This document shows positions 57,701 through 64,000 of a stretch of 64,000 nucleotides of DNA, piece after piece (position 1 is the stretch's first letter; the number at the start of each line of letters is the position of its first letter). Both the position numbers and the translations under genes were made by a program. The stretch is taken from contig DAWDYI010000002.1 of NCBI GenBank assembly GCA_052344885.1, positions 1,546 to 65,545 on the forward strand, given 5' to 3'. The notes under the pieces were generated by a model. That model saw only the letters and a list, made by a program, of their open reading frames with translations, was not told where the DNA came from and did no database searches. This stretch comes from Collinsella aerofaciens. Its GTDB lineage: Bacteria; Actinomycetota; Coriobacteriia; Coriobacteriales; Coriobacteriaceae.

Positions 57701-57825
57701 AGCTCGGCAAACGAGGGCGCCAGCAAAACGGCACGCCCGTGGCGGGCAACCAGGTCGGCGAGCAGCGCCGCCTCGGCATCGCTCAAGTCCGTACCGGTAT
57801 TGGTGGTATAGATTCGAACAGGCAT
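54727..57825 (-). CDS. addB: AddB-type helicase-nuclease subunit (PD-(D/E)XK nuclease with Cys cluster)
   Basis: 1032 aa, 3 nt upstream of addA. VIDYKH nuclease motif. Cysteines at CPLCWF and ...ARCSYNHEG fit the AddB Fe-S pattern. Confidence 0.8.
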   Translation of the reverse strand: MPVRIYTTNTGTDLSDAEAALLADLVARHGRAVLLAPSFAELDLCRHDAAVAGASLGIDYKTPASWLRSLWELMGDGRSFVDNMQRQMLFSDMIARRDDADLQPLSRSQGTVRMLARMARDVLPGVAGTGAERCRGDVCQPDPKSDAEARVFELLSAYASGLDRRDMVEPCEAADLMAEVLADNLPACARAVCVRGITSFTHGLLELLSAVANNGGEVVVLLAREQAAMREELAAAFDARGVLFEVAPLGEGAAAPQTASKSAAQPTFVEVAGPHARAHAYVDAIDELVKTCEDAAVDGGITASADPVRVLVVSARAPQLFGELAARLAARHIAAETTEFTAFSQSIAGRQFAALANLIERMKAADEGTASKTEWWPAPELTDWIYSPLSGADAASARTFDKNMRLSRGKTTKAAKSLLQSVQGQVRGTRKAASDDNWFKNVPCVVSDVFQALWRDKPVTALKAMLAVAEALPDRALGGFDGQARRQAETALLRHAIDILMNDARALDVSQAATVPVLDGVRTKVDKRSAAYDYETYEVDRTPRAQVRFASLADAAALRPASYDAVLFADVDLDSYPLSHEEGPLATLTAELGRSGVTLEPAALLRVRFGRAMQAARGPVALARVTHDRQARECYPAAVWTELRAHAEAAGAAQVTCVGEGGIVADFDPAAGEGIECKRVACEAPQHLSEAAVPYLVLRRRDGEDENAPLVPRLTSASQIEAYSTCPLCWFVSYRVKPQSIDAGFGNMEKGNFVHDVLEHLHARLPQEGMERVTPENLPRAQELLREVFDETLAEHAGKRGTEGPLVPLSAVEERQVAEILPQLEGVLAYESEALAPFAPRYLEFAFNELKVEYAGWPLGGRIDRVDVDAENRAVVIDYKHRTGVEEFKLADPTVRDEESGTAPIDDPRWLPPHTQTLIYAQAMRRALDLDTRAALYFSTKGGKPALRGAASAELLEEERGDGRIPGLKKGFPGEGGSMDFDALLDRVEAGIAERLRELEAGNVAAVDPMSAQAAHARCSYNHEGTFVRRDV

Positions 57826-57907
57826 GGTCCTCCACTCAAACCGTTCGCAATAATCAATGCATCCATCCTACCCGCCCACGCGGACAGATTTGCCCCACGC
57901 CAACAGA

Positions 57908-57996
57908 TTTGATCCCTTGGGGACGGAGGAAAACGGATTACCGAAGGGGTCAGTCTAACCCGGTGATCCGTTGTCCTCCGTCCCCAAGGGATCAAA
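57908..57996. repeat. 89-bp palindromic element (31-bp arms, 27-nt loop)
   Basis: TTTGATCCCTTGGGGACGGAGGAAAACGGAT (57908-57938) matches the reverse complement of 57966-57996 at 30 of 31 positions. It lies between the yerC terminator and the addB start. Confidence 0.7.
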
Positions 57997-58017
57997 AAAC
58001 CGCCCCCGAAGGGACGG
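57994..58017 (-). terminator. Rho-independent terminator after yerC
   Basis: Minus-strand CCGUCCC-UUCG-GGGGCGG (one G-U pair, UUCG tetraloop) followed by U6. Confidence 0.8.
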
Positions 58018-58045
58018 TTCTGCGCAATTTATTTTTGCCGCTGGC

Positions 58046-58345
58046 CTACTCGCCATCCTCCAGTTTGATGAGGATCTTGCGGTAGCCACCGTACTCGCCG
58101 TTGAGCGCCTTGGACACGCGGCTCACCGTGGTGGACGAAGCGCCGGTGCGGGCCTGAACCTCAACATAGGGCTCGCCCTCATCCAGATAGCGCGCGACCT
58201 GCAGGCGCTGAGAAAGATCGCAAATCTCGCGCGGCGTGCAGATATCGGTTAAAAACGCCTGGATATCGTTCTCGTCATCCAAAAGGCTAAATGCGTGGAC
58301 CAGCTGCTTGACATCAGGCTTGTCAAACATGTTCTCGATATTCAT
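58046..58345 (-). CDS. YerC/YecD family TrpR-related protein
   Basis: 99 aa. FLTDICTPREICDLSQRLQVARYL...TGASSTTVSRVSKALNGEYGGY. Confidence 0.85.
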   Translation of the reverse strand: MNIENMFDKPDVKQLVHAFSLLDDENDIQAFLTDICTPREICDLSQRLQVARYLDEGEPYVEVQARTGASSTTVSRVSKALNGEYGGYRKILIKLEDGE

Positions 58346-58669
58346 CGATCACCGCCAAACCCGCCATAAGGCATCGAAGTTGATACTGACATCGGGCATC
58401 GTTCGCCCGTAATATGCAATAAAACTATGCATGGGCTATTTGCCCGTAGCAGTGTAGCACACCACCAAACTAAAGCGACAAGACTCTCTGCCAGCGGCAC
58501 GTTTTTCAGGACGAACGCCGTTTAGAAACCGAATGCGCACGTAAGCTCCACGAATATTTGAGACAATGGGCGCCCAAACACCGCGGCGCGCCCGCGCAAC
58601 CATCCAAGTCGCCGCCGCAAGCCGCTTCACGCGACGCCAGCAACCCCGGCGCAAGAAAGGATTCACGCC

Positions 58670-59035
58670 ATGCGCTTTATGCTTAACTGGCTCTTCACCT
58701 CGATCGCCATCGCGATCGCCACGTTCCTCGTCCCCGGTATCCAACCCTTCGGCTTTGCCGAGGCCTGGGTCTGCTTTGCCTTTGTGGGACTGTTCCTCAA
58801 CATCGTAGATTCGTTCGTCAAACCGTTCCTCACGGTCATCTCGCTGCCGCTCACGATCATTACGCTCGGCATTTTCCAGCTCGTGCTCAACAGCTTTATG
58901 CTGGAGCTCGCCAGCTACCTGTCGGTCAACCTGTTGGGCGTCGGTATCTCCATCGCCGGCTTTGGCTCGGCCTTTATGGGCAGCATCCTAGTGTCCATCA
59001 TGCGCAGCATCCTCGATAGTATTGCCGAAGAGTAG
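58670..59035 (+). CDS. Phage-holin-family-IV-like (YvlD-type) 4-TM membrane protein
   Basis: 121 aa. MRFMLNWLFTSIAIAIATFLVPGI... with four hydrophobic helices. No other phage genes are nearby. Confidence 0.65.
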   Translation: MRFMLNWLFTSIAIAIATFLVPGIQPFGFAEAWVCFAFVGLFLNIVDSFVKPFLTVISLPLTIITLGIFQLVLNSFMLELASYLSVNLLGVGISIAGFGSAFMGSILVSIMRSILDSIAEE

Positions 59036-59071
59036 AACGCCCCCGACACGCAAACGCATCGGACCAAATCA

Positions 59072-59110
59072 AAGGCCGCCCATCGCAAAAATGGGCGGCC
59101 TTCTTATTTG
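59072..59110 (+). terminator. Rho-independent terminator (probably bidirectional)
   Basis: 12-bp perfect stem: AAGGCCGCCCAT (59072-59083) with ATGGGCGGCCTT (59091-59102), followed by CTTATTTG. Confidence 0.75.
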
Positions 59111-59172
59111 CCAAGTCTCAGAGGGCAAGAAAATCTACCATTTCCACCCCGTCCCCACATGGCAGGCGTGGG

Positions 59173-59601
59173 TTAGATGACATAGTCGTAGCCATGGTTG
59201 GGAGCGACAAGTTGATCGAGCGTCACGCCGTCGAGGTAATCGTTGATGAGCTTGTCCAGGTTCTTCCACACGTCGAGCGTGGGGCACTCATCAGATCGCG
59301 AGCAGCCCTTGCAGTCGCCATCCAGGCAGGCGACCGGCGCCAGACTACCCTCGGTCAGGCGCAGGATCTCGCCCACCGTGTACTGCTCGGGCGGACGCGT
59401 GAGCACATAGCCGCCGCCCTTGCCACGCATGCCCGAAAGCATGTTGGCGCGCACGAGCGTAGCCAAGATGTTCTCGAGATATTTCTCGGAAATCCCCTGT
59501 CGCGCCGCGATCTCTTTGAGCGGGATGCGACCGGCCGCCTGGTGCTCGGCCAGATCGACCATAACGCGCAGGGCGTACCTGCCCTTAGTAGAAACCAACA
59601 T
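59173..59601 (-). CDS. Rrf2 family transcriptional regulator (CymR/IscR-like)
   Basis: MLVSTKGRYALRVMVDLAEH... and a Cys cluster CLDGDCKGCSRSDEC. Divergent from cysK. Confidence 0.9.
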   Translation of the reverse strand: MLVSTKGRYALRVMVDLAEHQAAGRIPLKEIAARQGISEKYLENILATLVRANMLSGMRGKGGGYVLTRPPEQYTVGEILRLTEGSLAPVACLDGDCKGCSRSDECPTLDVWKNLDKLINDYLDGVTLDQLVAPNHGYDYVI

Positions 59602-59854
59602 ATATATTGCTGCCTTTCGGTCTTTTAGTCCGTTGAAATTCTATCCGAAAAAATGGGTTTGAAAATACCCGTTCCGGTCAAGATGGTTAATCGACTCGTA
59701 ATAATCTTCTATTTCCTATTGCATTACTAGGCTTTAGTGTCTACTATGCTTGCCAACAGCTAAACGAACAACCTATAAGGTTTATGGGTTTGGCTGCTAG
59801 ACACGCCGTAAAACCATACGGCAACCAGCAACTTGAACACTTTGGAGGTTCACC

Positions 59855-60793
59855 ATGAGCAAGGTTTACACGTCCATCGATCAGCTTATCGGCCACACCC
59901 CGCTTCTGGAGCTCACCCACTTTGAGGCCGACGAGGACCTCAAGGCTCGCGTGCTCGTCAAACTGGAATACTTCAACCCCGCCGGATCCGTTAAAGACCG
60001 CGTCGCCAAGAACATGATTGACGAGGCCGAGAAGGCCGGCAAGCTCGTGCGCGGCGGCGACTACACCATCATCGAGCCCACGAGCGGCAACACCGGCGTC
60101 GGCATCGCCTCGGTGGCGGCCGCCCGCGGCTACAAGGTGATCATCACCATGCCCGAGACCATGTCCGTCGAGCGCCGCAAGCTGATGCAAGCATACGGTG
60201 CGCAGCTCGTGCTCACCGACGGCTCCAAGGGCATGAAGGGCGCTATCGCCAAGGCCGAGGAGCTGCAGAAGGAGACTCCCAACAGCATCATCGCCGGCCA
60301 GTTTGTGAACCCCGCCAACCCGGCCATTCACAAGGCCACGACCGGCCCCGAGATCTGGGACGACACCGACGGCCAGGTCGACATTTTCGTCGCCGGCGTT
60401 GGCACCGGCGGTACCGTGACCGGCGTGGGCGAATTCCTCAAGGAGCAGAACCCCGAGATTCAGGTCGTCGCCGTTGAGCCCGCCACCTCACCGGTGCTCT
60501 CTAAGGGCCAGGCCGGCCCGCACAAGATCCAGGGCATCGGTGCCGGCTTTGTGCCCGACGTCCTCGACACCCAGGTCTACGACGAGATCATCCCCGTCGA
60601 GAACGACGACGCCTTTGCCACCGGCCGCGCCGTGGGCCACAAGGAGGGCGTGCTCGTGGGCATTTCGTCCGGTGCCGCCGTGTGGGCCGCACTGCAACTG
60701 GCCAAGCGCCCCGAGAACGAGGGCAAGACCATCGTGGCCCTGCTTGCCGACACCGGCGAGCGCTACCTGTCCACGGCGCTCTTCCAGGACTAA
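59855..60793 (+). CDS. cysK: Cysteine synthase A (O-acetylserine sulfhydrylase)
   Basis: [30 protein letters not shown] and [17 protein letters not shown] then ATG at 59855. Confidence 0.95.
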   Translation: MSKVYTSIDQLIGHTPLLELTHFEADEDLKARVLVKLEYFNPAGSVKDRVAKNMIDEAEKAGKLVRGGDYTIIEPTSGNTGVGIASVAAARGYKVIITMPETMSVERRKLMQAYGAQLVLTDGSKGMKGAIAKAEELQKETPNSIIAGQFVNPANPAIHKATTGPEIWDDTDGQVDIFVAGVGTGGTVTGVGEFLKEQNPEIQVVAVEPATSPVLSKGQAGPHKIQGIGAGFVPDVLDTQVYDEIIPVENDDAFATGRAVGHKEGVLVGISSGAAVWAALQLAKRPENEGKTIVALLADTGERYLSTALFQD

Positions 60794-60974
60794 GGGCCCG
60801 TCACTTGTCGATAGGCCCAAGGCACGCCGGTCTACCCTCTCTTCTGGCCGCCTGAGCCCATCTCGTTAGGGTGTCCCACACGACGCCCGAACTTGCTACA
60901 ATGTCTGCGGCGCGGAACCAGCCTCCCGCGCCGCTTTTCTTTTTTGGCCACATGCCACCAAGGAGAACCTCCCC

Positions 60975-62075
60975 ATGCACAACAAGCGCGTGCTCGTCGC
61001 CATGAGCGGCGGCGTCGATTCCAGCGTGACCGCGTACCTGCTCAAAAGCCAGGGCTACGAATGCGTCGGTGCCACCATGCGCCTCACCTGCCCCGCACCC
61101 GACCCCGCCACGGGCATGAGTAAGGTCGGCCGCGACATCGCCGATGCAAAGGCCGTCGCCGAGCGTCTGGGGATCCCCCATCATGTGCTCGACCTGCAGC
61201 AGACCTTCGACCGCAACGTTATCGAGCGCTTTGTGAACGCCTACCAGGAGGGGCTGACGCCCAATCCGTGCATTATCTGCAACCGCCACATTAAGTTTGG
61301 CGCGCTGCTCGATGCGGCGATGGATATGGGCTGCGACTACATCGCAACGGGACATTACGCCAAAACAAGCCAGGCGGCAGACGGCACCTGGCAGCTACAT
61401 CGCGGCGAAGACCCCAAAAAGGACCAAAGCTACTTTTTGTATTCACTTACGCAGGAGCGCCTGGCGCACACGATCTTTCCGCTGGCAGGCCTAGACAAAG
61501 AGCGCGACGTGCGCCGCATAGCCGCCGAGCAGGGCTTTACCAACGCCCAGAAGGCCGAAAGCGAGGACATCTGCTTTATCGCGGACGGTGACTACGCGGG
61601 CTATATCGAGCGCCGCTGCGGACATGCCGCTGCACCGGGCGACATTGTGTGGCGCGACGGCAGCGTGGTCGGGCACCACAACGGCGCGCTGCGCTACACC
61701 ATCGGCCAGCGCAAGGGCCTGGGCGTCGCGATGGCGCATCCCGTGTATGTGACGGGCGTCGACGCCGCCAACAACACCGTGCATCTGGGTGAGGCCGAGG
61801 ACCTGACCGCCGCTGCCCTCACGGCCGATGAGTGGATCTGGAGCGCGCCGGACGCACGCATGGAGGCGGAGCTCGACGCCGGCGGCATTCGCGTAGGTGC
61901 CAAGTACCGCTACCGTCAAAAGGACCAGGCAGCGACCCTTACGCGTGACGCCGACGGACAAATGCTGCTAACTTTTGACGAGCCGCAACGAGCCATCGCC
62001 CCCGGCCAAGCCGTCGTCGTCTATCGCGGCGACATCGTCCTGGGTGGCGGTACGGTGACCGGCGCACTTAAGTAG
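60975..62075 (+). CDS. mnmA: tRNA 2-thiouridine(34) synthase
   Basis: [13 protein letters not shown] (PP-loop), [20 protein letters not shown] and a GQAVVVY C-terminal domain. Confidence 0.95.
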   Translation: MHNKRVLVAMSGGVDSSVTAYLLKSQGYECVGATMRLTCPAPDPATGMSKVGRDIADAKAVAERLGIPHHVLDLQQTFDRNVIERFVNAYQEGLTPNPCIICNRHIKFGALLDAAMDMGCDYIATGHYAKTSQAADGTWQLHRGEDPKKDQSYFLYSLTQERLAHTIFPLAGLDKERDVRRIAAEQGFTNAQKAESEDICFIADGDYAGYIERRCGHAAAPGDIVWRDGSVVGHHNGALRYTIGQRKGLGVAMAHPVYVTGVDAANNTVHLGEAEDLTAAALTADEWIWSAPDARMEAELDAGGIRVGAKYRYRQKDQAATLTRDADGQMLLTFDEPQRAIAPGQAVVVYRGDIVLGGGTVTGALK

Positions 62076-62083
62076 CCGCAGGT

Positions 62084-63457
62084 TTATCGCTGCACGTGTC
62101 GAAGCACCTCAACAGCGGCACTAACCTCGATTACGCGACGCTCGAGGCCGCGGCAAATGGCCTCGAGTCGACCCTCCGCCGTCGCCCATTCGCTCTGCGA
62201 AAGAATCTCGATCGCCTCATCAACAAATCCGTTGAGCCGCGATGGATCGAACCAATCGACCGAGTCCGCAAGCGCCAGCTGGACGGAAGGGTCGGGCCCA
62301 AACGGCTTAGCGGAAAACCCAAACTCCCCAGCTGCGAGCACGGCAGTTGATACGTTGTACCACAGGCAGTTGCCGCTATCGAACAGCGGGGCAGGCCTTA
62401 TCTCCAGGGTGTCGACATTGCGGATGATGCCGAAGTTTCGCCAATGGCGGTCGCTGTTGGCCAAAAGGGCATCGCAGACAATCATCTGCGACATAGACCT
62501 TCTCACGGCAGCCTCGTCTGCTCCATGCTTACCAAGGAAGCGGCAGTACCGGTCGTACGTCGAGTTTCCCCGCTGGCTACCAAGTGCGCCCTTAACGGAA
62601 ACAGCCGGAACGTATTCCTCGCGGCCGTCAAGAAAGTCGTCGCACAGACACACAGGGCCATCGAACATCCGCTCAACCGTATAAGGAACAAACTCGCCCT
62701 CCGACAGCAAGCGACGATGCAGGGCCGTTGCAACCGCCTCGTTAAAGGGCCGTTGGTCGTCCATGCCGCACCCCTTGACCAGAACGCGAACACCGTTGCG
62801 AATCATCCACGATTTAGGAAGCTCGCCCTCGGATGTGTTGTCGGGATTTTTAAGACCGATGCCTTCCAGCCAACCCGAACGCTCTTCGGACGCCGATCGC
62901 TCAAAATCGTTCTCGAAGTAATTGAGGTTTCGCCATTCGAACCCGTCGCATTCTGCCGGCCGCAGCCAATAACAATCCGAAAGTGATAGGCCCAGGCACT
63001 GAACCGGCACCTCAACGCCGTTAGCAATCCCCAGCTCGCGGTAGCGCGAAATAAGCCCAGGGCGGACGTCAGGCACCGACCGATGGCTCCACCACACGTT
63101 GAGCTCCCGTTTATTCACCGTAGGAGAAGAGCTCGAGCACGTGCCAAACGGCATTCGTTGCGCATCGAGGACCTCGGCGATTTCGAAGGGAAACTCACGC
63201 GTCGGATCAAATGAGACACGAGCGACCTCGTAATCGGCGGACATCAGCGTAAACTTGCGCCCCACATCGGCCGCAGGACGACGTCCACGTTTGCGGACCT
63301 TTTGATAAGCGACCGCGGAATTGTACTCGACCATCTTCCGTCCGCCCACAATATCGCACGCGAGCGTTCCCGATGAGGCAAGTTGAGATATGCGGGCTTT
63401 CGTAACGCCCAGCAGGCGGGCAGCATCACCCATAGACAAGTACTCAGACGTATCCAT
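62084..63457 (-). CDS. HipA-family Ser/Thr kinase with a fused N-terminal HTH (YjjJ/HipH-like)
   Basis: HTH: YLSMGDAARLLGVTKARISQLASSG. Kinase core: GELPK, LLANSDRHWRNFGII and PAPLFDSGN. ATG at 63457 follows GAGGTG; the track ORF starts at 63469. AT-richer than the neighbouring genes. Confidence 0.8.
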   Translation of the reverse strand: MDTSEYLSMGDAARLLGVTKARISQLASSGTLACDIVGGRKMVEYNSAVAYQKVRKRGRRPAADVGRKFTLMSADYEVARVSFDPTREFPFEIAEVLDAQRMPFGTCSSSSPTVNKRELNVWWSHRSVPDVRPGLISRYRELGIANGVEVPVQCLGLSLSDCYWLRPAECDGFEWRNLNYFENDFERSASEERSGWLEGIGLKNPDNTSEGELPKSWMIRNGVRVLVKGCGMDDQRPFNEAVATALHRRLLSEGEFVPYTVERMFDGPVCLCDDFLDGREEYVPAVSVKGALGSQRGNSTYDRYCRFLGKHGADEAAVRRSMSQMIVCDALLANSDRHWRNFGIIRNVDTLEIRPAPLFDSGNCLWYNVSTAVLAAGEFGFSAKPFGPDPSVQLALADSVDWFDPSRLNGFVDEAIEILSQSEWATAEGRLEAICRGLERRVIEVSAAVEVLRHVQR

Positions 63458-63483
63458 ACACCGCATCACCTCGTTAAGTAATT

Positions 63484-63493
63484 TAAACGTTTA
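63484..63493. promoter_or_regulatory. Perfect 10-bp palindrome TAAACGTTTA in the AT-rich hipA-like promoter region
   Basis: Lies 27-36 nt upstream of the ATG at 63457. Candidate autoregulatory operator for the fused HTH. Confidence 0.3.
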
Positions 63494-63532
63494 GTTAATA
63501 GATTACATACATCATAATACTAAACAACCCAA

Positions 63533-63562
63533 AACGAAAAAAGGCCCGAGAAATCGGGCCTT
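63533..63562 (-). terminator. Rho-independent terminator after the M42 peptidase gene
   Basis: Minus-strand AAGGCCCGA-UUUC-UCGGGCCUU followed by UUUUUCGUUUU. Confidence 0.8.
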
Positions 63563-63595
63563 AGCGATCGGTCAGCCGAGTCGCAAGCTACTCCC

Positions 63596-64000
63596 CTAGC
63601 GCTGAACGTAGGCGCGAACCAGCTCGTAGGTATTGCGCACGCCGTCGATGTGGCTGCGCTCGTAGTTGTGGCTCGCGTACACGCCGGGGCCGATCAGACC
63701 ATGGCGAATGTCGTAGCCGGCCGAGAGCGTGGCCTCGACGTCGGAGCCATAGTGCGGGTACACATCGATGGCGTAATCGAGCTCCAGCTCGCGCGCGATG
63801 TTGGACAACGTGGTTACCAGGTCGTAGTTGTACGGACCGCCCGAATCCTTGGCGCAGATCGAAACCATGCGCTCGGTGCAGCCCAGGTCGTCGCCCACGC
63901 AGCCCATGTCCACGCTGATCATCTCGCGCGTGTCGGCCGGCACAAAGGCACCGCCGTGGCCGACCTCCTCGTACACCGTAAAGAGCAGCGATACCTTGCG
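63596..64000 (-). CDS. M42-family metallo-aminopeptidase, partial (N-terminus lies outside the window)
   Basis: The frame is open to the window edge (...RKVSLLFTVYEEVGHGGA...). EEVGxxGA and the C-terminal H..E.. pattern fit M42. The track start at 63976 is an internal GTG. Confidence 0.7.
   Translation of the reverse strand, partial: RKVSLLFTVYEEVGHGGAFVPADTREMISVDMGCVGDDLGCTERMVSICAKDSGGPYNYDLVTTLSNIARELELDYAIDVYPHYGSDVEATLSAGYDIRHGLIGPGVYASHNYERSHIDGVRNTYELVRAYVQR

Noticed and set aside
58670-59035. Holin-family gene considered as evidence of a prophage
   Set aside because: There are no lysin, capsid, terminase, integrase or att-like repeats nearby. YvlD-type 4-TM proteins are common chromosomal genes.

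Overview
This is about 64 kb of high-GC Gram-positive chromosome. Gene content and protein motifs look like Actinomycetota, class Coriobacteriia (Collinsella/Olsenella-like), but that assignment is inference only. I had no search tools, so every call comes from reading the ORF translations and the DNA by eye.

Backbone, left to right:
- An AT-richer arginine-deiminase island: arcA (cut by the window edge), a YfcC-type carrier, a second divergent ADI and a LexA-like regulator.
- queH, a MetRS-like synthetase and a NOP2/Sun RNA methyltransferase.
- degV, class-3 fbp and two gtrA genes.
- A two-gene surface-protein operon behind a cobalamin riboswitch.
- A UbiB kinase, a C69 dipeptidase and fchA-folD.
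- Two tandem paralogous lipoproteins.
- A frameshifted TAT/lectin/PI-PLC surface enzyme.
- A small AT-richer islet (PH-like protein, YhcG nuclease), a double zinc-ribbon protein and a CDF transporter.
- A long minus-strand run: fhs, ruvB-ruvA-ruvC (with an SOS box), a NadE-like protein with degenerate catalytic motifs, superoxide reductase, a SWIM-SNF2 helicase, dnaE and addA-addB.
- yerC, a holin-family membrane protein, Rrf2/cysK, mnmA, an HTH-fused HipA-like kinase and an M42 peptidase cut by the right edge.

I saw no rRNA, tRNA, CRISPR array, transposase or integrase.

The best candidate for an undescribed system is at 15.4-20.4 kb. A cobalamin riboswitch leads an operon encoding a roughly 1260-aa surface protein with four tandem transcobalamin-like (DUF4430) modules and a beta-propeller-like region. 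The second gene is a membrane-anchored DUF4430 protein, and no transporter is attached.

Other items worth a second look:
- The NadE-like pseudoenzyme.
- The interrupted PI-PLC.
- The ADI paralog coupled to a dyad-less S24 regulator.
- The solo HTH-HipA kinase.
- A conserved 19-nt motif in front of both lipoprotein paralogs.
- Several long inverted-repeat elements that may be MITE-like or REP-like.
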